A stretch of 64,000 nt of DNA from Antedon mediterranea (Eukaryota; Animalia; Echinodermata), in NCBI RefSeq assembly GCF_964355755.1, contig NC_092674.1, positions 930,001-994,000 of the forward strand. Reading direction: 5' to 3'. Position 1 is the stretch's first letter; every line of letters begins with the position of its first letter. Below, piece after piece: positions 1-12,600 of the stretch. Position numbers and translations under genes: made by a program. The notes beneath the pieces were generated by a model. The model saw nothing but the letters and a program-made list of their open reading frames with translations. It did not search any database and had not been told where the DNA came from.

Positions 1-84
1 TATATATCTATGGGCTGATTGTTTTTTAATTCTTTTCATTTCTTTATTTTCATTTCCATCATTTCCTTTCCTCGTTCTTTTTAG

Positions 85-3000
85 TCTCAGCAAGGAAGAA
101 GACAAAATCAAAAGAGACAAAAGCCAAATCAAAACCAGTCTCTTCCTCTGGGTTTAGGAGTAAGGATTTTGGCATGACATTCAAATATTATCTTATTCTT
201 TAATTCTTTTTCTGCTTTACTTTCGTGACTTTGGATTTCTTTATACTTCTCTTAGATTTAAACAAAGTTAAACAGTTTGATTCAGAAATTTTAATAAATA
301 ATTCATTGGTGTTTTTTTTTTTCAAATTCAGAATTTATTTTAAATTGTTCATGCTCTCTTACAATAAATAATTTTGCTAACAAAAACAAAACAAAAATGC
401 AAATTATGCATTGTTAATAAAATACTAGTTTTCTTAACTTACTTTTTCATTCATTTCAATAGCTGTGTCCATTCTTTTCTTTTTTGTTTCATTCTTTATT
501 CCTGTGGTATGTTCTGTGGGACTGTGTGTGTTCTGTGGAGTGTCATATTATGTACCATATTTCTATTTACTTTGTAAATGTCTCAGTATTTCCAATATGT
601 ACTTACTTATATACAACAATATTTTAACTTGGAATTAAATAATGTTTATATGAGTATATTCTGGTTACAAAATTAGCAGGTGGGATTATTTATAAGTATA
701 TATTACTTGAATATCGCTTTGGAATACATTTGTTTTCTGAAATCAAATGCATGGAATTATACAGTCATGCATGGTATATATATAATATACTGTGGTACTG
801 TATGTAAACGTATTGTGATGGATTCTTAAATTTTGGTGGATTATCTGGATTTAAAGATTATCCTATATTAATCTTAGTCATCTGTATATGTTAATCCTAA
901 CCTTTAGGAAGGAAAATTATGTGTTATTTCCAAGATTTAGTTATTGACTTAATCAAAATGTTGTTGAATATAATATATAATATTCTCTATCCGATGTTTA
1001 CGTTATATTTATGTATTTGTTGACATGTTTGGTTACTCTGCATGATAGTGAGTTTAGTTATAATAATAATTATTCTTTCCTGTTTTTCTTCTTTAAACAA
1101 TATCACTAAAATTAAAATACTTTATATTATTTTAAGATAATTAGCTAATGAATAAACTAACAATAGTTTTACTGTTTTAATTATTTATTCTAAAACTTTG
1201 TAAGCTTTTTTTATGAATTTAAAAGTTAATGATTTTTTTTTTGTCAAGGCAAGTGGCCTATGGTACACATTTAGAAAACCAATGCTTTTAATTTTTATTT
1301 AGAAGTTACAAGAAAACTTTTTGTTTTTGTGGTTTATTTATGAATCTAACTGCTCATAATTGATTGATTTGATTTTATTTAAATATTTAACACAAATGTC
1401 TAAGTTAATTTTCTCCCTTTTTCTTGTTTTTTTTTTACTTAACCCCAGGTTACTCAGGACTCAAAAAAATTGGTAGGCTGCAACATGGAATGCTTTTATT
1501 GTTTTATTTTATGTATGGAATGTTCACTTTATGTATAAATTCATGTTTCTATTGTTAATGTGACTAATTGTTGTTATATCAGTATATCCATCCATTGTGT
1601 CAAGTGAACTCTACCCCATGTCTACTTTCTGATCCTGTCCTATTCTCAACATAAAACACTCAGAGCCGGCCGTAGCCAGCATGAGGCAGACAAGCCGATT
1701 GCCTCATCTGAAATTTTAAATTTTCAATACCCACCCAAATTCCTCAGCAGAGATCATCATATTTTCTATTAATAGTTATATTTAAAGATGTATTGTCCCC
1801 CTGAAAAAAAAATTCTTAAAAAATTATTTTTTTGAATATTCCATTTTAATGTAACATAATAGTTATCCACTTTGACCTAAAATTGGATCGAAAAAAATTT
1901 AAAGCAAAAAAAATGGTCTAATTGGCTGCCAGCCAATTGATTTTTGGTTGAATTTTAACATTTATTTTGTCATTTTATAAGTGAAAACGTGATTTTTTTT
2001 ATTTTTTTTTCTATTGAAGTGATGAACTTTATTAAAACTCCAAAATAACATATTCAAAGTCTGATTAAATTAATCTTCATTTTTCATGTTTTTGAGGGAC
2101 AATACATCTTTAAAGCATCTTTGCCTCATCTGTTTTAAACCTCTTGCTATGGCCTTGACACTCGAGATAAACATTTTATCTGGGAAACATGTCTGTCTGT
2201 CCCAAGGAAAATCCCAACTTCATTGAGCTTTGTGTAATTCTAATATTATTTCAAATGATAACTAAGGAGAACTAGATGCTCTCAACATACTTTTATATAA
2301 CAAAAAATGACTGGTTAGAAGAAGACATTGTGTAAATTGAAGGAGATATATTCAGAAATGGAACCCCTTTCTTCCTTTCCCTCTCTTGTCAATGGTTGTG
2401 TTTCTGTAATCATTATTCTGTTGTGCCTATGTTGTATTTGCATGGTTCAGTTTGTCTATCTTTTTTTATTGTTGACTTTTTACACTTTTTAGATTTGTCC
2501 TCATCATTCATTTAAAAAAAATACATTACATTTTGTAATTTTTAATCATTACACTACATTATTCATACATTTTTAATACATTATTACAGTACTAAGGTTT
2601 GATTTCATAATAATAAACTACATATTACAGTACTAAGGTTTGATTTCATAATAATAACAGTTATATCTCTTTCTCTAAACCCAATTACCAAAATGGACTA
2701 ATCCGTTGTGTATCTCATCCAATAGGTCGAAAGTTAATATAACCTTTGACATTAATACACAAGTGTAGAAACCTATATTAATTCCTATTATTTAGTATGT
2801 TAGCATAGATATTAATGTTTGTCAGTAGAATAGCACTCTAATATTTTGATATTAGGTTATTTTTTAAATATTTTAATCTCTTTTTCTAATATTTTTCATT
2901 TGGCATTATTTAAAACTGATGTACTAACACAGTATATTTCAAAATACTTTATTTGCTTGTATTTGTATTTTACTTATTTAGACATTTTAATCTTTGTAAT

Positions 3001-6000
3001 TTAACGCACACAACTAAACAAATTGCATCAATAACTGTCAAAGAATCTTAAATATTAAGTCTATGTTAAGTATATTTATACAATTCTACTTAAGACTCCA
3101 ATATACCAGTACTTATTCCTGAAGCAATTGATGGAACAGATGATACAAATGACGATCACCTAATGAAAATACTACGTGGTGAGTGCGTATCCTCATACAG
3201 CATGATGGGATGCATCCAAAGGCATGATGGGATTGTAACCAGAAATCCTAATTGTTTCCATATAGCATGGGAATTTGAACATGATTGTTTATTGATGTGA
3301 CTTTATTGATTATTAATCCAGATCTTATGAATATTCAATCCAAGTCTTATGAATATTTAATATAGGTCTTATGAATATTCAACACAGACCTTATGAATAT
3401 TCAATACAGGCCTTATACATTTTCATCCAGTTCTTATGAATATTAACACAGTTCTTATGAATATTCGATACAGGTCTTATGAATATTCAATCTAAGGAAC
3501 TTTTCTTCGGAGGTATAAAAAGGAATGAAATTTACATTTTTTTGGAATTTAAATTTACTGTTTGTTTTTTTTTATTACACTTTTTATCTTCAAACTATGT
3601 CCTTGAATAAACCTATGTCAAACTCAATTACATATATTTATCTTATTACTTCTGTTGTTTTCCTGATTTCTTAACAATTTGCCTTAATGTTCAAATTCTT
3701 TTTTATATAAAGATTATATAAAGAACACAAAAATCTAACCATATACCTTTACTAGTAAATAGCATTTTACCCTTTGTAAAAGAAGAAAAGAAAAATCCTT
3801 GTGTACTACTACTCACTAGTGGTATGAACTAAAATAAATGGTGTGTAATAGGGAATGCTACGTACAAAATATTAGATAAGCTATTACATGGTTGTAGTAA
3901 TAATTATTATTAATATCTATTTTATAATTTTTTTCTTGGTATTTTTTTATTTAATATTTGTTATCTTTTACAATTACAGTGTCTTTATCTTTCATTTTTT
4001 ATATTTCTGTTTAATATATAATTTTTGTTTTATTTTTTGTTTTATTCCATATATGTATATCTGAAAATTACCAAATGAAATCAAATGCATAGTTGTTTCG
4101 TCCAAAAGAAACAATTTATTTAAACTTATTTATCTATGAACAAACTTTAGAAAGAGTGATTTTATTTGTTTTCTTATAGGATTCGCCGACTCATACTATT
4201 ACCGTTCTAATGATGGTGCGTGGGGTATAATTTAAATTCTGCCATCCCCACCACACAAATCACTCAACTATTAAGTTACAAACATTAAGTCTGCACTCAA
4301 GTCCAACCACTCATTACACATGCTTTCTCACTTTCTTGTGTTCGGTCAGTCGTGAAATATATTCTTTTACATTCATTCACTTTAAATTCTAAATTTTTAT
4401 CTACATATTACCATAGCAACAATTAGCATTCTTATTCACAATGATCACCATGGAAACATATCACTATTAGCAACTTATCACCATAGCAATATTCTTAATT
4501 ATCACTCACTTTTATAATTATTTGGGTCACCAGAGCAAATATGTTATAAGTGGTGCAATGCATTTATATTTTCCAAACAAATATTTCATTACCTCGCTGT
4601 ATACATTACTTAATAATGAAACATTTTTATGAGAATTTTACAAACTTTATTTATAAATCTGTTACTATATTTGCCTTTGTTAACAAATTAAAAAAAAAGA
4701 AGATATTTATAAAGCAAATATTTTGATAAACTATTCAGACTTTTGTACATTCATACATCTTTTCACTTTATCAACATATATTTATTATTTTAGTTCTTTA
4801 TATTTTCTGTTATTTGATACATTTATTATTTATTTCATTATATTATACATTATTTTATTCTATTTATTTTACTGTATATATTGAACAAACACTGGCCCAA
4901 AACCATGTCTCAATTTTTAAGATATATTTTACATGGTAGGGAAGAATTTGAGCTTTAAAAAAATGTGTTTTTTGGAGAGTTTGAATTATGGGAGTTATAT
5001 TATTAATTTCATTATTGGTGATAGGTAGTATTTTTATTTAATACAGTTGTAAATGTAAAGATTAATGGTCATAGAATTATATATTTATATAGATTATGTT
5101 TATTTGTCATTTTCTTAATTAAGAAATATATATATATTTATATTTATAATGTAATTTATATTACAAGTTAATGGTTAGGACAGTTTAGATTTGGAAACAT
5201 TTTTTTTAAACCACTTTGTTTGCATGAGCTCACTATAATTGCATTTTGCCTTGCTTTGCACTCTTATATTATTTATATTTCATTATATATTTATTTGCAA
5301 CTATATTTAATAATCTTTCAATTTTTCATTTTTATATTGTTCCTGTTAATAGAACCGTAATAGATCCAGTGATCATCTATTCAATGACATCATTATCACA
5401 ATCAATGACATTGTCAACTAACAATTTTCCTATTTTATGTCAAAATTACTATTTCAATATTCGTTCTTATATAGCGCTTATTGCTCATTGCTTCTAAGTG
5501 CTTCACATTATTACCCCTGTCATTTTTTGGAGAAAACACGTATGGAAACATACTCCCATAATGCAGCTAGTAGTAATCAGCGCAAAGTTGTGTCTTGATC
5601 TAACCAGGTACTCATTTATACACCTGGGTGGAGAGAGGCAAACTTAAGTGTCTTGCCTAGCAATGCTACGAGAGTTGAATTCAAACTCATGCTCAGTAGT
5701 CCAACACACTTCAATTCAATTTATTGCGGATTTTACATGAACAATAAAACACACATACATCACACATGCTAGAGCCAGGAGACTCCAACCGCAAACTCAA
5801 TCGCTTTCGATGGGATGTCCCAGCCAGCAGTGACACACCTACACAATGCGCCATACACCCTCATGTGTGGCGTAAACATGTTGATACTCATGTTATCCTA
5901 TATTATTATCTGCCTGTATATTACTCATGAAATGCATTATGCTTGCAATGATCACCCTAAAGCATGTTTCTCTCTTTTCTTTACTTCTTTTGCTAGTGTC

Positions 6001-6029
6001 ACTGGCCAGCAGCAAACACACCATCAAAG
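85..6029 (+). CDS. Candidate DOCK cassette/micro-exon cluster 1 (five phase 1-1 exons)
   Basis: 85-159 (75 nt, SARKKTKSKETKAKSKPVSSSGFR, donor GTAAGG; alternative acceptor at 91); 1449-1472 (24 nt, YSGLKKI, GTAGGC); 3095-3178 (84 nt, SNIPVLIPEAIDGTDDTNDDHLMKILR, GTGAGT); 4180-4215 (36 nt, FADSYYYRSND, GTGCGT); 5997-6029 (33 nt, SLASSKHTIK, GTTTGT). All are AG..GT-bounded, multiples of 3 and stop-free in the phase required by exon 6690. Confidence 0.65.
1661..2157. mobile_element. hAT-like MITE interrupted by a TTAA-TSD MITE
   Basis: Ends ccggccgtagccag / cttgctatggccttg form imperfect TIRs; internal ttgcctcatctg occurs on both sides of the nested insert; flanks acactcag / acactcga resemble a degraded 8-bp TSD. 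Confidence 0.45.
1786..2109. mobile_element. Kolobok-like MITE (TTAA TSD), copy 1
   Basis: ttaa|AGATGTATTGTCCC...GGGACAATACATCT|ttaa; closely related copy at 46041-46386. Superfamily inferred from TTAA TSD plus RR termini. Confidence 0.75.
2577..2657. repeat. ~43-bp direct tandem duplication
   Basis: attacagtactaaggtttgatttcataataataa present twice in tandem. Confidence 0.85.
3322..3491. repeat. ~22-bp minisatellite, about 8 copies
   Basis: Unit tcttatgaatattcaatacagg repeated with variants. Confidence 0.85.
5570..5712 (-). mobile_element. Degenerate tRNA-derived SINE fragment
   Basis: Minus strand reads gagtttgaattc (B-box-like), ggcaagacactt, then ctctctccacccaggtgtataaatgagtacc, a central motif typical of invertebrate SINE2 families. 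Confidence 0.55.
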
Positions 6030-6689
6030 GTTTGTGCTTCCTGCTTTCAATATGTCTTGCTTTGCATCACAAAAACAAAATCTGTTAAAAAAAATAAGTT
6101 TTTTATATGATTTTCATGTTTGTCTATTGATATTGTTTCTGAAGTGAAAATTAATGTTTGCAAATTTAATACAATAAAAGAAATAGTTAATATTTAACCA
6201 GGGTTTTCCATCTAGTCGAAGCTGATCATTAGGGACCCAGTATTTAAATAAATAGAAATAAAAATGTATATTGTCCTAAAATAAGTTAAATTTAAGAATA
6301 GATTATGTACACTCTATCTGTCATATACAGTTCCCATTGTTTTTACATGTAGACAAATTTACTCTGTAAAACATTTTAGTAGAAAGGGCAACTTAACGCC
6401 TACATAGAATCTTGTTTATATAAATTAAAATGTCTGATACAGAATTAATTAATTGATGAGAATACACTATGGCCTACTGTATGTGTCTAAACAAGTTTTT
6501 ATCACATGGTACCTTTAATCTACTTTGCTTATATTATAGAATATAAATAATACAATATGTTTCATTGTGACAAAGCAAAAATTATAATATTGTGTATAAA
6601 ACGGCGCTATATAAAAACAATTTATTATTATTGATACAAAATATTACAGAATTTTTAAGAATTTATTGAAATTGTTTTTCTTTTCACAG

Positions 6690-9600
6690 ATTTACAATAT
6701 GATTATACCTTGACGGAGGAATTTTGTCAGAATCATTTCTTAGTGGGAATCCTGCTACGTGAGGTCGGAGCGACCCTACACGAAGGTCCAGAAGTGCGCC
6801 AGATGGGTATTAATGTCATACGTAACCTTCTCGCCAAACACAGTGCTGATGACCGCTATTCAACAAAGGTAATGAAATAATGCATACAAAATTTCTACCA
6901 AGACTAGCTCCCTCTATCATAGTTTAACTCTCTCTCTCTCACTTGACACGTTTTCTGTCATTCAAACAATAGGTTTTCCATGAATTGTTTCCATATTTTT
7001 CGGTTTTGGGCAGGATGGTTTGTATTGTGCTAAAGTCTTTGTTTTTTTCATTAATTTGGCCATGTACTTATTCTAATTTTATTCTACCAAAACTGGCTAG
7101 CCCCATCTATCATAATTTAAGCATGTACTTATTTCAATTTTCAGCAACATCGAGCCAGAATTGGTACCCTCTATCTTCCATTTGTGTCAATCATTCTGGA
7201 GAACGCACCACGTCTCAACATCCGAGATGTACCGACTACTCCTGGAATTGGGCAGCATATTAACGGAGATGCCTCCATTGTGGAGATCTCTACCGGTCTT
7301 CCTGATGGTCCCCAGCATGAACGCCATGGTAGCATGTCTAGTTCAAAGTCACGCTCACTCAACCGTGACTCAACTGTCCTAGATGCAATCGCTGGAAGAG
7401 GTATGTATTTTAATTTTGTATGCATTTACCTAGGTGATACCTTATATGGTGTTTGTCCTTCATCTCACAAAATGTTTAAATGTATTGTCCTTAAAAACCG
7501 GAAAAATGAATGAAGAATAGGCCATTTAGTAGTTGTAATAAAGGAAATCATTTCCATAGAAAAAAAAATGAAGCAAAATGATGTTTGCACTTATAAAAAG
7601 ACAAAATAAATGGTTAAATTAAACCAATTTAAAAAAACAAAATCAATCTAATTTTTGGTCAAAATGAATAACTATTATGTGACATTAAAATGGCATATTC
7701 AACAAAAAAAGTTTCAGGGGAACAATATATCTTTCATTCCACAGCTGAAAATAGTAATTATAGTATTAGTTGAAATGAGGTGAAAAAGTAATATCTTTTA
7801 TTAAACTTTTTTGTTCAACATTTTAATTGAATAAATTACATTGTTTATTTATTGAAATTTTATTTGAAATCACTGGATACTTAATTTAAATTATAATTTA
7901 TTATAAAATGTTCAAATTGTTTATTTTCATTCATTAAAAAGACCAAAAGCTTTACACTTGTAATATCATGACGGCTCCCACAGGTATTGTTGCTTCATTC
8001 ATTTCATTTTTATTTTTGCTGTTCTTCAAAATAACTTTGACTTTTATTTATTTGAATTTGTTTTCAAAGTTTGCTTTTAATTTCTATTTTTTTTTCAATT
8101 TCGTTTGAATTAAAACTCAATGTGTGTACTGTTAATCTTAATTTAAACTGTTCATTTTTTTTAAACTTTTTTGTTTTGTTTTTATTTTTGCTGTTTTTCA
8201 AAATAACTTTGACTTTATTTAATTTGAAATGTTGTAAATATTGTTTTCTAAGAATTGCTTTTAATTTTTTTTTTTTCAATTTCATTTGAATTAAAACTCA
8301 ATGTGTGTTTGTTAATCTTAAAGAACAAAAAATGTTATAGTTTTTTATTTTGTGTCTTTAACCATTTTTTTTAATGAGTGCCTTTTTGTGTTAAATGTGT
8401 TGTGTTGCAGTTTATTTATCAGCTTGTATGTTCTTATGATGTCAAATAATTAAACAGATTTGGTAACTTATATATATATATATATGTTATAGCAAAATAT
8501 AACTATTTAAATACAGTATTTTTATTCCAATTTTATGTGTATTTGTACATTTTACAAGAGATACATTTTAATGTTCTTTTTTTAAGAGATTATAATTTAT
8601 TGGAACATATGTGTGGGATGCATTCTATTCTAACATGCATGTTTTTATTATAGTACAACATACTATCACATTATATACTAACTCTACTTTTATAGGAATT
8701 AGACATTATTCGCAATCCAACATTAATGTTTTGAACGCATCATCAGACTCTCCAGTTATACGACGCATGAGTTCTTCAGGTTTGTAACGGGCACGTTGAT
8801 TGGTTGTCATGATTGTCGCATGACGTGTCGGCAAGACACTCCCAATGAACAGTGTTTACTCTTAATTCATCAGTGATTTCATATCAAGTTATATATAACT
8901 TCTTATAAATTATTTCAAGAGTTATATATATAAAGACATCAATTCCAAATCATGTATCTTTACCATAAGATAGAGAGTTCATTCGATTTTTCTGATAGAC
9001 ATTTTTGCACTGGACACATCCATACACATACACATTATGACTTAAACTATTGGAAAATTATCCACCATATTGAATAACAAATAATCAATAATCATATTCT
9101 TTATTGCAACTTGGTTTTAATAACAAATTGAAGTTTAAAAAATATACAAATGTAAAAGCATAATAAAACACACACAAACAATAAGAGAAAACACATAAAA
9201 ATACAAAATTGTCAACCAAACTGTAATCTCCACTCCTCACTACATAGACTATGTTAGTAGGGGATATCTTCCTTCCTAGTTAGAAATATTTTATTAAAAC
9301 TGATTAATTAAGAGTAATCTGCTGTAAACATTGGTGTATCTTGGTTTGTCTGTCTTGTTTCATTTTCATCTTGTTGTTGAAGTTTGTTCCAAACACTTCA
9401 TTCTTGTCTTGTCCTGTTTCCGTATCCAGATCATCTTCATATTTGCCTGTTGTCTGTGCTTGCAATCCTCATGAATGTTTATGGTATATATTGGATTGCT
9501 TATGACATTCTGTGTAGCATATTTATGTTTAATATTTTCGCTGATAATTTGCACGATTTCATTTCAAAAGAGTTATTGGTGACGGTTTGATTAAAATCCT

Positions 9601-12600
9601 TGTTCATGAGATTTAAAAGGATGCTGCCTGTATGTTGTCGCTTGTATAAATACTGTCACAAAATTGCACCATTATTCAATTTATGACAGTGATGTCCCTC
9701 TCTTAATTGTTGCAGCATTTCTGATAAGTCTCATGAAGTTTGGTATGTAATGATGTCTTTATGAGGGCTTACTACTACTTAGTACTTTAACTGTTTGATT
9801 AATCATTTTTATCTCTTTAACTTATCATGGAATAACTTTTCTATTTCTAATAGGTTCACCAAAAATGTGGATACCTTAAAAAAACTTCAAACTTACATTA
9901 TTAATTTTTCTACCTTCTTTTGATAGACTGTGAAGAGAAAGGGATCAACATATTAATTTTACTGTTTTGATTTCAGAAAAAAAAGTGTTATTTATTAGAA
10001 ATTCTAATTTAAAGCTTTATGATACTTTAATTTGACATTCCTAATTTTGTTAATACAAACAAATTTATCTTGACTTAAAAAATCAAGAATTTTTAAATTA
10101 TTACTTATTATTATAATTACATCATAAATATACAAAAACAATTACTTTTACCTTTACCCCTTCCCTTCCCCTAGGGCTCAATAACAACGGCGTAGAGAAG
10201 AAGACGCGATCTCAAAGTGAAAAGAATAAATATAGGTTATCATGGAGTCTTCCAGGTTCGATACTCAAAAGCAAATTTCTCATAAATTGCTCATTTAAAA
10301 AAATTAAATCTCACTTGATAACCGCTTCTTATCAATAATAGCATCTGGATCTACTAGCCTACACGTAAATAAATTTGTATATCATATGTATGATATCTTA
10401 GCACTGATAAACAATTTAAAATTTGCATGATGTAATATATGCTTTGAATTGTAAAGATCTAGGACTCTACAAGTGAATAAAGAAAGTTAAAACTCAAGAG
10501 GGTAAAACTCTGTCTACACTATCAAACTTTATGTGACAAAAAAACTGTGATGTGCCCATATATGGACATGATCATGTCATGTCTACCATACTTGGGCATA
10601 TCACTACCATATTTTGGCACGTCACACTTTTTTTGTCAAACTAGTTTGATAGTGTGGACAGAGCTTTAAACTTGGTTCCAACTTGGACCCAACACAACAA
10701 GTGTGTTGACCAATCACAAGCCACAGTTCGAATTATGCATCGCGTTGTGATTGGTCAAGTTTCTTGTGGTGCCTGAATTACTATTTGAAATATGTGGTAT
10801 TTCAAACCTTGAATAAAAACCAAATTGAATCTTTAAAGTACACATCACTGAGTCCTAGATCATAGCGTTTTAGGAGTAATACTTTTTAATAAAAGAAAAT
10901 AGTTTTTAAGAATTGCCGCATGAACACAACAAAAAACGTATCAAGCTAGAAATTTGTAGTATTAAAACCTCTTGCATTGCATGGTTAAACTCATTGTAAC
11001 TTCATCTAATATATCAGTAACTAAGAATGAATTTTACTAAACTTCTTTTTCATTCTCAACATATTAGCCTCAGTCTGACAGAAATGCTCCTTTTTTTTTT
11101 TGTGGACACAAAAACAAGTTAAAAAATGTGCTCATTTTTATTATGGTAAAAACAGCTGTAAGCAGCCATTTATAGAATAAATAGTTGATGTAAAAAGAAG
11201 AATAAAATGTTTAGAAATATTTAGTTAGATGCTCTCAATATTTTTTCCAGAACGGCCAAGTTTTAGTCCGCTTATATCAAACCCGAGTACACCAATTGGA
11301 AGTAGCCTTACATTATCCAAAGAAAACTTAATTGATCTTAAAGAATTGGATAATGTTAAACCGGCTATTAGATCATTGCCAGGTTTGTTGTGTGCTGTAG
11401 TAGATACAAAAGCTTTGATTGCTGTGGCTATTTTATATCGATGCAGAAAACATAATAAGTAGTTGATTTATAAATGACAAATTTCAAACACACGTGTAGG
11501 AAGCCAACCTTTGACCTTCGTTTAATTTTTTTCCATTAAATGTTCTAAATATTTTTACCTAATTGTCAACTTCATCAAAGTATACATGATGCAATAAAGT
11601 GAATTGGTTTATTTAATATAATTAATGATTAATATGAATTAATTTTAACAAAATCTCTGGTCACTAAAAATTTGTCATTTATAATGTAACTTAGTGCAGC
11701 TTAGTAAACTTATCATATCTTCATTTCCATGCAGTTTTTCTAAAACGGTAGCTTTACTATAAATAACTGTTTTTCTTTTAAAAAAAAAATAGCTTTTGTT
11801 ATTCATAATTTAACAAAAAGTAAACTTGCTTAGTCCAGGAAATCATCATCAGCTTGTCTGTCTGTTTGTCTGTCTGTCAGTTATAAAATATATAAGCATA
11901 ATGATGAGCTAACAGGAGAATTTGTATACAATTCTTGTATATTATATTAGTGCTTGACAACCTAATAATTTATTTTTGATAATGCTCTGCTATCGAGTTT
12001 GTTTGTTTTATTCGGTACTCAAGAAATACAACAACAACAAGTTTACTTGCAAACAAATTAAAGACATTTTGCAAAATCATATTTCACCTTTTTCTGCAAT
12101 TAATCTCAAATATACTAAATATTTGCATCAGAGATGAGTAAAAACATCTACCTATTTGAGTTCTTGATTAATAAGAAATATACTATTTTTCGTAGTAATA
12201 TCAGATATCAGTATAATATCGAAAATGTAATTTCCGGTATATTCCTATATATTTTAAAACATGCCCCAACAAAATCTATGCTCCCTGCTTACATTATCTA
12301 TTTCAATTAACATTGCTTATTTCTTAACAACATAACAAGACGTATTTTATTTTGCACGTGAATGTTTTGAGGTATCATTTATACTAATGTTTTTATATTA
12401 ATGTTTTATATCATTGACAGGAATATTTGCATATAACATGAGACTAATTTAAACAAAAATTAATTGATATTATTTGAATAATTTGTTGATAATAAACAGT
12501 TTATATGTACTGGTGGTGTTTATATATATGGAACTAATTTACATAGCATGCACTGTATGTATGGCTGACAGGTTTATATTTGCATACAACTAGGTTTTAA

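Noticed and set aside
374-9590. Short Phe/Leu/Ile-rich ORFs in DOCK introns (374-577, 5246-5497, 8064-8289, 9366-9590)
   Set aside because: Compositional artefacts of AT-rich intron sequence.
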